Source of the DNA: Octopus sinensis | Lineage: Eukaryota | Direction: 5' to 3' | DNA length: 64,000 nucleotides | Assembly (NCBI RefSeq): GCF_006345805.1 | Contig: NC_043002.1 | Coordinates: 111,848,001-111,912,000 of the forward strand | Shown here: positions 1 through 12,120 of the stretch, piece by piece | Numbering within the stretch: position 1 is the first letter of the stretch | Layout: every line of letters starts with the position of its first letter | Made by a program: the position numbers and the translations under genes | Notes under the pieces: model-generated | The model's input: only the letters and a program-made list of their open reading frames with translations | Told to the model about the DNA's origin: nothing | Databases searched by the model: none

Positions 1-868
1 ACTCGTGATTTTGCGACCACGCCTTTGGAGGGTGAGAAAATTTTGTTTCTCTCTACTTATGGCGGTAGACGGTTGACAAGAGCCTGGGTGTGTAGGATGC
101 CACCCGGTATAGAGGCCGAATGGATAGAAGACACTATCCGTCGGGGCTTGGGTGGCGGCCCTGCCAGGCTCTTAAACGTAAAAATGATGCCTGCGGTCGA
201 TTGGGTCGGGTCAAAAGCAATTTTGACCCTATGGGCCCAATCGGCTAAAGATCTGGTTTTACCAGATTTTTTTAAAACGGCCGGTTCCAGGTACCCGGTG
301 AGGGTTGAGGGAGCCCCCACCCAAGTGTCACCTGTACCTGGAATCGGGCCGCATAAGGAAGAACTGTCGCCGGGACCAGGCAAAGGTCCTGGAACAGTTA
401 ATTGAAGAGGTGTCCCCTGTTCCCCCAGTGGAGGAAAAAGTTGAGGAGGAGGTAACCGCCTCGAAAACAAAGGGGAAGAAAAGAAAGAAGGGGGACAACA
501 ATGGTTGCCCACCGATGGATTCTGAGACATCGGGGGCGAGGGAGGGTCCCCTGGAGATGTCGGAGGAACTCCACCATCCCGTCGTAAAAGGAAAAAAAAA
601 GAAAAGAAAAAAGAAAAACGGAGCACTGCCTGTGACGGCATGTCCCGAAAACCCTTCGGTGGGATGTGTGCCACCGGAGCGGGGGAAGAAGATGACCTGG
701 TCAGTGGGATGTGTGCCATCGAGCGAGGGACTTGAGGCCCCTTCTAGTGAAGGTGGTGAAGATTATATGTTCTGCTATCTCAGGGGAAGGGCTATTGACA
801 GTTTTGTGGAGAACGAAGTGGATAGTCAGATCCTGAGGGAACCGAATTGTATTGACAGCCCAGAGTAG
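1..868 (+). pseudogene. L1/Tx1-type LINE ORF1 (gag-like) relic, frameshifted near 309
   Basis: ORF 25-405 (...YGGRRLTRAWV...RYPVRVEG) continues after a frameshift into PPKCHLYLESGRIRKNC, a decayed CX2CX4HX4C knuckle, followed by a Lys/Glu-rich tail. Confidence 0.7.
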
Positions 869-1225
869 CCTTCGCAGGTGGCTGCTCTGGTGCTGGAAAG
901 AATGTATTGTGATCAAATAATTGACTCGTGTAAAAACGAGAATTATATAATCCTTTATTGGAATCCCAGATTTCGGTGGTAGCAATGCCTGCAAGTTGCA
1001 AGAAATTTACTTGGGGAAGAATTGTAGAGGTTTATTGGAATTTATATTGTATTTAGAATTGTAAGTCGGTCAATATCTCTGTATATGTATTTTTAAAGAA
1101 CAATGTTTTAGAGAAGCAGACGGTCGACGGGCGCTTTCTGCCTTCTCCCATCTTTATCATTTTTGGATCCTAATCATCCGCCTCATTAATGTCTATGTCC
1201 AGCCTGCAAAGCTACCTATCTTTGT

Positions 1226-1581
1226 TGGAAGCACTCCGTCGGTTACGACGACGAGGGTTCCGGTTGATCCGAATCAACGGAACAGCCTGCTCGTGAAATT
1301 AACGTGTAAGTGGCTGAGCACTCCACAGACACGTGCACCCTTAACGTAGTTCTCGGGGATATTCAGCGTGACACAGAAATACCCTTGAAATACAGGAAGT
1401 AAGAGTGAGAGAAAGTTGTGGTGAAAGAGTACAGCAGGGATCACCACCATCCCTGCCGGAGCCTCGTGGAACTTTTAGGTGTTTTTGCTCAATAAACACT
1501 CACAACGCCCGGTCTGGGAATCGAAACCGCGATCCTACGACCGCGAGTCCGCTGCCCTAACCGCTGGGCCATTGCGCCTCC
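1226..1581 (-). mobile_element. tRNA(Arg-like)-derived SINE, family A (internal deletion)
   Basis: Reverse strand has box A TGGCCCAGCGG, box B GGTTTCGATTCC and tail GGAGTGCTTCCA. TSD TATCTTTG at 1217-1224 and 1583-1590. Confidence 0.9.
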
Positions 1582-2202
1582 TTATCTTTGTACTGCCTCT
1601 ATGGCAAATGAAATGAAATAAAGTAGCTTCCTTACCTTACTATAGGAGAGTTCTTGCTACTTGAAAGTTACGTCCTTCGTCGTGAAATATTGAACATTTG
1701 ACGCTCGACTATAGGTAGGCATTTGTTGTATTTGGTGGGGGTGAGGGGCTTAGTGGAGTTTGTTGCTTTGTATTTAATATTTTTTGGTGAGCAACAGTCT
1801 CCACTCTGCTCCAGATATTTGCTTGCCTGTGGTCGTGTATAAAGACTCACTTTGCAGTGAGAATTGTGTTTTTGAGGAGGCGTAGCCCCTCCGCAAAAAT
1901 TTGTTTGTGAAAATTGTGTTTGTGTGACTGTGTTCATGCCCTGGAAGTTCCTTGTATTTACCACAGGCAAGGAGTACGAAGGCAGCCAGGATTAATTTTT
2001 GTGCTGCGACTGGAGTAGCTGTATTCTTGCGGATTACCGGAGTTGCAGAATTGTGTAGCCGTGAATTGAACTGTCGTCCTTCGTTCTTTTTCTCTGCTCT
2101 GTCTTTCTGTTCTTTTTTTTTTTTTGTGTTTTTCTACTGAACTTTATTTGGAACATTTGAACTTTCTGTTGAACTCTTTTTCTTTCTTTGTTTTTTTAAA
2201 TC

Positions 2203-2424
2203 ATGGCAACAATGGAAAACACTGTGCTGGAATGGGAAATTTTGCCCCCCGCCCAGGACTTCATTGAGAGAATGGTGGTGTTGAGGACATATTCCAAGTC
2301 CATCGACACCATCACTGTGTTCTCTCAAGTCGAAATCGAAAAAGAGTTGGCAGAATACCTGCCAACTATCAAGTATATTGCAAGTTCAATTTATCCTTTA
2401 CTTTGGAGGGTTCCAAACGGGTGA
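2203..2424 (+). pseudogene. Possible N-terminus of a second L1/Tx1-like ORF1, truncated
   Basis: ATG in context AAATCATGG after a pyrimidine-rich leader opens a 73-aa non-repetitive ORF. The assignment is from recalled resemblance only. Confidence 0.35.
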
Positions 2425-2596
2425 TTTCTTAGAAAGATTCTTCATATTTCTCTGGCGCAAGATTTTTGCGAATATGAAATTATTACATGTATAAGGTATC
2501 AGATAAGAATTTCTGGAAAAGTATCCCATAGAAACTCAACAGACTGTTAAAGATGGAGAAGAGAAGAGGTTAAAATTGTAAAAAAAAGAATTTTAA

Positions 2597-3520
2597 TACT
2601 CAACCGCGCCCAACAGATTGTTATCTAGGGGGTTGCAGTCTGTAGAGTTAGGAGGCCAGATGTTAGGGGTGATGTGGTCACAGAAATTGTCTGACAGTCA
2701 TGACTGAGTTCTCCTGCTTGTATGGCATGTTGCAGAGTCCTGTTGCCAGACATAGGGTCTTCCAGTAGCCACCCTCGTCCAGCGCAGCACTACCTCCTCC
2801 AAACACCATGATGTTGACTGGATGTTTGATTCACTCTTGATACATGTTTTGGGGACACGGCAGGCCAACGGTTGTTTTGTGTGTTCACCATCTGATCCTG
2901 GCAGAAATTTTTCTCGTCTGAGAAAAACCAAAGCATGTTCGGTTGGAGGGGATGCTTGAGTTTGTTCAAAAGCTTCGTAGTGCGGTCTTTCCTCTTGTCC
3001 TTGATGACTTGGGATAAAAATTGGCCCCTTTTTCATCTTGTATGAGGAATACCAAATGTCTTCATGCACTACGTACCTGATAAGAAATTCAGACACTCCC
3101 ATGTCGCTGACGATGGACCTGGTTGACTTGGGGGGATCGTTGTCAACCATGACCTGGATCTCAACAACAAATTCAGGAGTTCTTTTCTTATCAGAACCAT
3201 CAGAGAGGGTTTTCCGAGCTGCCGTACCTTCATAATCACCATTAGACTCATCCAACTCTTTCCGAATCCTCTGTACTGTCCTCAGATTGACACCCAAAAC
3301 ACTCTAAAATGTTCGTATTGGAGCTTCCAGTGCGAATGCCAAGCAGTACAGCTTGTCATTTCCAAATTTCTGGCAGACTGAATTGCGTCACGTTGGTGCT
3401 TTTCTCACAGACGGTGCCCAACTGAGCCTACTATACTGTGCAGTCGACAAAATCAAAATCAGACAATACGCGAAATTAAAAATATGAAATGGCAATAATT
3501 TACCCATTACCCCTTGCATA
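2597..3520 (-). mobile_element. maT-type (DD37D) Tc1/mariner relic with internal deletion and missing 3' end
   Basis: HTH region MGVNLRTVQRIRKEL, then WQQDSATCH...W.PNSTDCNPLD with 37 residues between the last two Asp. Frameshifts and stops are present. Confidence 0.85.
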
Positions 3521-3594
3521 TATATATATACACAGACATGACAGAAGTAAATAGATACCACATAAAACGTTGTTTTATGTTAATTCTAGAATTG

Positions 3595-3880
3595 TCATAT
3601 GGCCAAAATTACCCAAGATTTGTTAGACAAGAATGGCATTAAAAAGCTTCCATGGTCAAGCCAATCACCAGATATGAAACATATTGAACACCTGTGGGAC
3701 ATAACGGACAGGGCACTTAATAAAAAGAACAAGAGAGCGTCTTCAAAGCCAGATCTTTTGAGATTACTGCATGGAACTTGGCAGGAAATTCCACAAGAAA
3801 ATATTAGTTTATTGATCAGTAACATGCCTAATAGGGTCCTTTCAGTGAAAAGTGCAAAGGGTATGTCTGCTAAATATTAA
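3595..3880 (+). mobile_element. Tc1 transposase C-terminal fragment
   Basis: LPWSSQSPDMKHIEHLW...WQEIPQENISLLISNMPNRVLSVKSAKG matches the Tc1 WPSQSPDLNPIE...SMP.R motifs. Confidence 0.85.
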
Positions 3881-3896
3881 ATATCCACATTATATA

Positions 3897-4277
3897 TAGG
3901 AGCACTCCGTCGGTTGCGACGATAAGGGTTCCAGCTGATACGATCAACGGAACAGCTTGCTCGTGATATTACCGTGCAAGTGGCTGAGCACTCCACAGAC
4001 CCGTGTACCCTTAACGTAGTTCTTGAGGAGATTCAGCGTGACACAGAGTGTGACAAGGCTGGCCCTTTGAAATACAGGTACAAGAGAAACAGGAAGAAAG
4101 AGCGAGAGAAAGTTGTGGTGAAAAAGTACATCAGGGTTCACCACCATCCCCTGCCGGAGCCTCGTGGAGCTTTAGGTGTTTTCGCTCAATAAACACTCAC
4201 AATGCCCGGTCTGGGAATCGAAACCGCGATCCTCCGACCGCGAGTCCGCTGCCCTAACCACTGGGCCATTGCGCCTC
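3897..4277 (-). mobile_element. SINE family A
   Basis: Full head, body and tail; TSD ATCCACATTATA on both sides. Confidence 0.9.
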
Positions 4278-4435
4278 ATCCACATTATAATAATTAATAA
4301 ATACATTGTTTACATTTGACGGATATTTGTCCTCATCATGCTTCTTGTTAACACAACACGTGGGCATATAGCGTAGTGGCTAAAAGCGTGGGCTACTAAC
4401 CTCAAGATTTCGAGTTCGATTCCAGGCAGCGACGA

Positions 4436-4473
<38 letters not shown>

Positions 4474-4866
4474 GAGCATGTCCCTTAGTGGCTGACGATA
4501 TGTGCATCTCTGACCACGAGCAGAAGTAGTGGGGGAGCATCATAGCCATGTGTTGAGAGGGATTCTTTGGGGTTTGAATAATTCACCTCTGGAAACATGG
4601 GTGGTTCTTTCAACATCCTTAAACAACCCTTATTCAGGGACCTTTTGAGCGGGATGGGCTACTCAACCTGAAGAAAATTCTAACTGGGCCCCACCTGCAA
4701 GGTCATGTGCTGTTTATCTTGTTATGAGATCACCATGTCGCGCACATATGGTTGTGATGCATGTGCCTGGTGTACCCTTATCAGACGGGTAGTCATGATG
4801 GGTATATTGGGCTTCGTATATTTTACCCCAGTGTCACTTTGATGGCATGCACTACTCTCTCACTCA
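4474..4866 (+). repeat. Family E interspersed repeat ending CTCACTC(AAT)n
   Basis: Closely similar to 5011-5555, 15551-15975 and 16571-16865; flanked by (AAT)n on both sides. Confidence 0.8.
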
Positions 4867-5010
4867 ATAATAATAATAATAATAATAATATAATAATAAG
4901 TAATAGTAATGATGATGATGACGACAACGACGACGATGACGATGATGATGATGATGATGATGTGCAGAAAACCTTAGGATCCTGCTTTCTACAGTTAATA
5001 GAATATGTAT

Positions 5011-5555
5011 GCAGTACCAGGCACCGGCTCTCGTGGCTTCTGATCTTAACTGATTGGAAGTGTTATCATGTACATTGTTTTGTGTTGTTATAAAAGATAG
5101 GCTATAGCAAATATTCTGCATAATACCACAGATTTGTTTGTCAGTTGTTTGACCTTAACCAGTTGACCATGTCCTTTAGTGGCTGACGATATGTGCATCT
5201 CTGATCACGAGCAGAAGTAGTTGGGGAGCATCGTAGCCATGTGTTGAAATGAATTCTTGGAGGTTTGGATAATTCACCTTTGGAAACATATGTGGTTCGT
5301 TCCACATCCTTAAAAATCTTTATTCAAGGACCTTTTGAGCGGGATGCGTTACTCGACCTGAAGAAAATTCTAACTGGGCCCCACCTGCAAGGTCATGTGT
5401 TGTTTATCTTGATATGAGATCACCATGTCGCGCACATATATTTGTGATGCATGTGCCTAGTGTACCCTTATCAGACAGGTAGTCATGATGGGTATTCTGG
5501 GCTTCGTATAGTTTACCCCAGTGTCACTTTGATGGCATGCACAACTCTCTCACTC
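5011..5555 (+). repeat. Family E, longest copy
   Basis: Same 3' end CTCTCTCACTC followed by (AAT)n; extends further 5' than the other copies. Confidence 0.8.
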
Positions 5556-5590
<35 letters not shown>

Positions 5591-5666
5591 GTAATAAGTA
5601 ATAATAATAATAATAACACCGAAAAATACCTTAGGAATGAGAACCCAGGTTCGAAATTTCCCCCAA

Positions 5667-5712
5667 GAAACCTGATGAAAGCTGGAGGGTATATCAGCCG
5701 AAACGTTGTGTT
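5667..5712 (+). ncRNA. Minimal type I hammerhead ribozyme motif (decayed)
   Basis: CTGATGA 5672-5678; stem II GCTG/CAGC; GAAAC 5700-5704; palindromic ACGT; GTT cleavage triplet 5705-5707; stem I GAAAC/GTGTT with one mismatch. The 10.1-11.1 pair is A.C. Confidence 0.65.
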
Positions 5713-5882
5713 AACAACAAACAAGATGAGGGCAAATATCCGTCAAATGTACATAATCCCTGATCTCTTAAATATAGAACCGTATTCATTAATAAATAAT
5801 TTTAATGTATAATTTCAGATTTAAATTAATCTTAATGGTTATAAGGGTGTATATTTACCTCTGTTGCGTTTGTGTGTGTGTG

Positions 5883-5935
<53 letters not shown>

Positions 5936-6323
5936 TACTCTTTTACTCTTTTACTTGTTTCAGTCATTTGACAGCGGCCATGCTGGAGCACCGCCTTTAG
6001 TCGAGCAAATCGACCCCGGGACTTATTCTTTGTAAGCCCAGTACTTATTCTATCGGTTTCTTTTGTCGAACCGCTAAGTGACGGGGACGTAAACACACCA
6101 GCATCGGTTGTCAAGCAATGCTAGGGGTCAAACACAGACACACAAACACACACACATATACATATATATATATACATATATACGACAGGCTTCTTTCAGT
6201 TTCCATCTACCAAATCCGGGGCTATAGCAGAATACACTTGCTCAAGATGCCACGCAGTGGGACTGAACCTGGAACCATGTGGTTGGTTAGCAAGCTACTT
6301 ACCACACAGCCACTCCTGCGCCT
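5936..6323 (-). mobile_element. tRNA-derived SINE, family B
   Basis: Head GGCGCAGGAGTGGCTGTGTGG with a GGTTCAGTCC box B, internal (TA)/(TG) tract, tail GACTGAAACAAG(TAAAAGAG)n. Confidence 0.9.
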
Positions 6324-7544
6324 ATATATATATTATATATATAATACATGAACGCACACTCACATACATGCATACTGCTGTTTTATGTTATACGACACAT
6401 TAGGCCATCTCTGGATGGATCCAAGTTCTACCCTTCTCCATTTCGACTCTTCTCACAGTACATCACTGCTGATTCAGAGAGCGAAAGAAAAAAAAGAAGG
6501 AAAGAAAGAAAGAAAGAAAGAAAGAAGAAAGAAAGAGGGGGAAGAATCAAATCCAGTATTTGACTGATACTTTATTTATCGAATCAAGAAGGATAAAAGG
6601 TAAATTTGATATGTGCGGAATTTGAATGCAGAGAACTTCAATAAAAATCGTAAGGTATTTCTTATCCAACATTAATTTTAGTGTCTCTGCCAATTCACAT
6701 ATGTGCTTGTATGTGTGTGTACACGCGCGCGTGTGAATGTGTGTGTCTGAATGCGTGCGCCTGTGTGTGTATATAAATATGTATATATGTATGTATATAC
6801 ATACACATCTGACGATTGACCCCATTATTTTAGAATTTAGGATACTAGGTCATATCGAAAAGAATAGAGAGAATCCGGTGGTAAGTAATGGGGGATTATA
6901 ATGTATACCAGCTGATAATATTCTGCTATAAGTAGCGAAACAGAAAAAACCAGGTTGTAATCATTTCTTTGTTTACTGAAGTAAAAGTCTTAAGAGTGGA
7001 TTTTAGATAAAAAAGATATTTTATGTTCGGATTGATTGGGAGAGATTAAACGACAAACTGTGTTACTGAGTTTATGATTTTTCTTTCCTCTTACAGACTT
7101 CAGATCTGAATTTTAATTTGATTTCATTCCAGTATTTCTCGCTTCGAAGGTCTGAATGTTCTTTCCTGAGATTATAAATTAGTTTTAGCTTCAGCTTATC
7201 TTTCGGAACTATCTGTCTTAAAACTGTTGTGAAACGATTCTTAAAACGCAATTGAAAACGAGATAAAAAGATACAGCACTGTAGATAAGTACTTGAAATC
7301 GAATCATCTGGGTATGTTTTGAAGATTTAGATAAACTTTTATATCTTTTTTCTTTCTCCAAAGAGTGCATTTTTTCTTATTTTCTTTTTATCATATCTTT
7401 ACCATTTTTTTTTGTTTTTATCAGAAACGTTGTGGAAAATAGTTTAAGCAAAGGATTTAGCATTTTAGATTTTATTTAGAATCCTTCTCTTCTAATTGTG
7501 TCTTCACTTTTAACTTTTCCTATTATCTTCCTTTGTATACTGCA

Positions 7545-7928
7545 CTAGCAGTATCGCCCGGCGTTGCTCGGGTTTGTAAGGGAAATAACTATATAAGCAT
7601 TTTTAGAGATGTAAAGTATAATAGCCATCTCAATATGGCTAACCACAAAGGGGGGGGGGTGTTACTGTAGCTTTTTACGTTCTGAGATTTAATAAATTTT
7701 TAGAGAGTTACTTCCCTTATATATGCCAAAAATGGGAAAAATTGATGGTAAATTTTTTTTTAATCGTAGACTCATCGTAGAAGCGCGCTAATACCCAGCA
7801 GGGCTCGATATGAATCACGACTCTAAGGTACTTGGTTTTGGTTAAACTGCACCGCAAAATGTGGGAGTAGTTAGGAATCTAAATCGTGAGAGACAGACAG
7901 CACACAACCTCACTTTTATATATAAAGA
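7545..7928 (-). mobile_element. Non-autonomous Helitron (family D)
   Basis: On the - strand: A|TCTTTATATATAAAAG ... CCCGAGCAACGCCGGG hairpin ... CTAG|T; no TSD. Confidence 0.9.
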
Positions 7929-8006
7929 TATACTCACTCAATTGTATACAGTACTAGATTAAAGATCAGTTTCCATTATGAATGCATCATAATAAACTAT
8001 AATATT

Positions 8007-8220
8007 GGTTTCAAATTTTGGTAAAAGGGCAGCAATTTTAGGGGTGGGGGTAAGTCGATTACATCGACCCCGGAGTTCCACTGATACTTATTTTGTCGAC
8101 CCGAAAGGATAAGAGACAAAGTCAACCTTGGCAAAATTTGAACTCAGAATGTGAAGACGGACGAAATGCTGCCAGGCATTTTGCCCAGTATGCTAGCAAT
8201 TCCGCAAACTAACCGCCTTA
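8007..8220 (-). mobile_element. SINE family C, degenerate
   Basis: Decayed GCCTTTCATCCTTTCGGGGTCGA core and GAGTTCAAATT box B. Confidence 0.7.
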
Positions 8221-8289
8221 GTAAAATAAAATATTGAACATATTAATATCTTTAACAGTCAGATAAACCTAACTTTATATCTTACATAA

Positions 8290-8577
8290 TTGAATATGCC
8301 TAACTGGTCAGCCTAAATTGCTGCCTGTGGACCTTGCAACGTGTTCAGCCAAGTGGAACTTGGACTTTTGGTATTTTGTGATCACTCTGCACCGTTCTCG
8401 AATTACCTCATTTCGGATATGGTCTCGCGAGGAAACTCCTTGCATGAATCTTTCAATGGTCCTTTGCGTGGAAGCCAAACGTTGTTCTTTCTTCTTTGTA
8501 ATAGCCCACATCTCACTTGCATATAAGAGTGCAGGTTGGACGATGCCATTGAAAAGAGTGGCATATTAGCTCGAGAT
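8290..8577 (-). pseudogene. RTE-type LINE ORF2 C-terminal fragment
   Basis: LFNGIVQPALLYASEMWAITKKKEQRL...RDHIRNEVIRER...HVAR. Confidence 0.8.
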
Positions 8578-9035
8578 GAACGCAGAGCTAAAATATCTGA
8601 AGATACAAGGAGTTGAAGCACAATTCACCAAACCGCTGAGGGATGCGAGCTCTGTGTGTATCATCAATGCAGCTCTGCTATTCTGCTATCACCGCCTGTA
8701 AGAGTTCCAATTAAGAAAGAGGTCAAACAAGGAGGTGCCATTTCTCTAAAGCTCTTCGCTGCATTTCAAGAAATGACCATGAGATATTTTGAATGAACAG
8801 GTGGCGTGAACATCAACGGCAAGCTACTAACACACCTACGATTCGCAGGTGACATTATCCGCATCACCGAAATAAGAGGTCAGATGCAAACCATGCTGAC
8901 AGAGCTGGACACATAGCTCGGCAGTAGCGCTTGAAAGAAACGACATGAAAACAAACTGTATGCAGTCTGAAGACGTAGTACTAGGCTGAATAGGGGTGGG
9001 AAATAATGAAATCGAAGTGGTGCGTCTACTTGGTG
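8578..9035 (+). pseudogene. RTE-type LINE RT core fragment, inverted relative to the neighbour
   Basis: IQGVEA...PIKKEVKQGGAISLKLF...NINGKLLTHLRFAGDI (FADD equivalent)...EIEVV; contains stops and frameshifts. Confidence 0.8.
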
Positions 9036-9942
9036 TATACAGTGAATAAACGCTGAGACATGGACGCTGAATTCTTACAAAAAATAAAGACTAGTTAAAA
9101 GGAGAAATGGAGGGAAGGTGGGACGGCAGGAGAGAAATAGTCAGAGATAGAATGTACAAAGTGTTTTCGTCAAGTGGCGTAATGTTATTGGTATGCAGTT
9201 TGAGTGCTCAGTTTGGTTTTTTCCACTGAAACTCAGGCTTGAACTGTAACCGAAAATGTGGCGCTGAAACTGTCTACCACTGGTGGCCAGAAGAGGTTTC
9301 TCTTGGGCAGGAGGATATAGATCAAATCAGTAAAGGAATAAGAAAAACATATGGCATCACTCCGGAAACATTTGATTTAACTATAGAATATAAACGAAGT
9401 GCAGAATAGCTATGATAAATAGGCAAAGTCTCTTACAATTGTTTCAAGAATAGCCAAGCGGATAAGGATTCCACGAAAGCTAAGTATCCCGTCATCGGAA
9501 CCTTTTATTGTACTGTATTACTTTCGAAATATTCTTTCGGGATACTTTTATCATGATTAAGTGAGCCAACAATTAACGCTAAATTTAAAACACATTCATT
9601 AAGTATTGCATAATGATAATGTTTACATTATTTAAGCTGCTTCAAACAAAATATATACATACATAAGGGCAGGCGTGGCTGTGTGATTCCAGATTCAGTC
9701 CCACTGCGTTGCACATTGGGCAAGTGTCTTCTACTTATAGTATGTACGTCATAATTCAGTTTATTTCAAGATTTCTTGCCAATAGAGAAAGAACCGGTTT
9801 CTGACCTAGATTCAAAGCTCCTTTTTTGGAATTTCAACATCAACAACATGATATTTTTGTATGCATGTTTTATGTATGTATGTATGTATGTATGTATGTA
9901 TGTATGTATGTATACCACACACACACTCACATACATACACAC

Positions 9943-10149
9943 TAGGGGCATTCCAGAGGTTTTGAGACATTTTAGGAGAGGTAGTTATAAGTGTTTTAGA
10001 TTACTGAAATTTTAGTATATTGAAGGTCACCTCGGGTGAGTAAGGGGGTGTAAACCAGATGATCTTCCTATTTTTATTTTTCCTCTTTCTAACTGTTGGG
10101 CATCTGAAACTCAGAGTTTTATCTTGACTATTGAGTAATTGTAACATAT

Positions 10150-10212
<63 letters not shown>

Positions 10213-10977
10213 ATCCAAACAATATACATCTAATAACGCTCCCACCAACTTTTGTTACTCTATATTGAAGGAAACGACTGAAACAGCACATTGAATACTC
10301 CCTGCTAAAATACTTGTCACAGCTGACAAGTTCATAGAATGCAGACGGGATGTTTCGAAGCTCGCTATGAAATAAAGTTTTGTGTTAAACTGGGCAAAAG
10401 CGCCACAGAAACTTGTGAAATGCTCCAGACCGCTTATGGATTAACTTGTATGAGCCAAACACATTTTTCAGTGGCACAATAGTCCAGGTAAATTAAGTTC
10501 ACCGGGAAGTACATGATGACCCCTTTTCTGGGAGTAAGGGTATCATCTAAATCTACTGGGTTTCCTCTGGCCCGACGGTCAACAAATAGTACTTTGTGGA
10601 GGTTTTGAGTAAGTTCAGGAAAAGGATTCCTTACAAAATGCCAGCACACTTGCACTTGGCCAATGTTCCAGTCCACAATTCCATATCCTGGTAACCAACT
10701 ACTTGATAGAAATAGACATCAAAACTGTGCTTGGCCCTCCAACTATCCAAACCTTGTTCCTTGTAAGTTTTGGTTGTTCCCCAAGCCGAAGGAGAAGATA
10801 AAGGAGGCTGTGACATTTCCCTTTGGAAGTTTCATGTGAACTCGACAAAGTGACTCGAGCACTACAACAAATACATTGAAGTTGGAGGATTCTACTTTGT
10901 AGGAGATTAGTTTCGTACTTGTTTCAAATTAATAAACGTCTCCTGAAAAAAACTGTTAAAACTTCTGTAATGCACCT
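9943..10977 (+). mobile_element. Mariner relic with TIRs, internally deleted, interrupted by (TA)n
   Basis: Imperfect TIRs at 9943-9969 and 10953-10977. Protein remnants EARYEIKFCVKLGKSATETCEMLQTAYG, PTVNK*YFVEVL and PNLVPCKFWLFPKPK. Confidence 0.85.
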
Positions 10978-12120
10978 TCTGGGGGAGGGGGGGAAGAAAG
11001 AAAGAAAGAAACAAACAAACAAGCAATCAGACAAACAAAGGAAGACAAAAACAGTTATCTATGAATCTATATTTCTATTAATATGTGTATTGATATAGAT
11101 ATGGATGGATGCAATGGATGGCTGGATGGCTGGATGGCTGGATGGCTGGCTGGCTGGATGAATGGATGGATGGAGGGATGGATGCATGCAATGAATGAAT
11201 GGAAATATGTTTAGCAGAACACGTTAAGTTATCTGGCTTTCGGTTCTTGCCTTAATTTTCAGTAATATTGTGATGAAGTATAAAGATGAAGTTGATATTG
11301 ACAGCAAGAAATACAAGTATGTGATTACTTGAAAAAGCCGGTTATTAAGAAAGTCTTAACTATTGATTCATTTGCGATTACTTTCATTATAATTAATTAC
11401 AGTATGAAATTATATCTATAATAAAGCTTGCAACCGATTTAATTACTCAACCAAGAATTAATCCGATTTTTAAAATGAACTTCAGAAAATTCGTTTACAC
11501 GACAGTTCTATCTCCCAGATTCAGGTTTGGCTGAATAAATTGCACGGAAGTGCGAAATGGTAAGATTTTTATGTAAGAATATCTAATAAAAACAAAATAA
11601 AATCTCCATTAGTAACGCCATTGAACATAAAAACTAAAAATTGCTAATTTTTTTTTAATGCCATCTGCGATTTAATTAAAATTTTTCCAAATGTAGAAAG
11701 AAAATAAAGAACTGATGACAGTTTATTAGATAAATAGTAATTCATTATGTTGTTTTCTGCTCAAACAAGATCCAAATCTGCACCGTATTCATTCGTAGGA
11801 GGATTGTTATGTTAACCATCCAAATTTGAAATTTCCAGTTGTATTTATTTTCTTACTCATTTCATATTCACTTAGTGAAAACAGAAATGTGAGCTGTCAA
11901 CATTCAAGAGCTTACTTATTCATTATATGGTGTTTTACTGGAAACAAGGTCCAAACCAAATACATTACGAACAGCAGGGGCTATTACTCAAATCTACGTT
12001 TGTCTCTCGTCTTTTATCAGGAAAATCAACACCATACCAATTACGCACTAAATACCATGACATTCAGAGAAGACATCAACAAAAAACACAAGATGTATCT
12101 GACGACACATTACAAAAAAT

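Larger units (their letters stand above)
4305..5790 (+). mobile_element. tRNA-headed SINE-like element with internal (AAT)n and PLE-type hammerhead tail; inverted tail fragment at the 5' end; two family-E inserts
   Basis: Box A TAGCGTAGTGG at 4369-4379, box B AGTTCGATTCC at 4413-4423, (AAT)n from 4441, tail 5598-5790 with the HHR core. 4310-4357 is the reverse complement of 5705-5752. Confidence 0.7.

Noticed and set aside
4362-4432. Functional tRNA genes here or at SINE A/B/C/H heads
   Set aside because: Boxes A and B are present but the cloverleaf stems are broken and each head runs into SINE body sequence.
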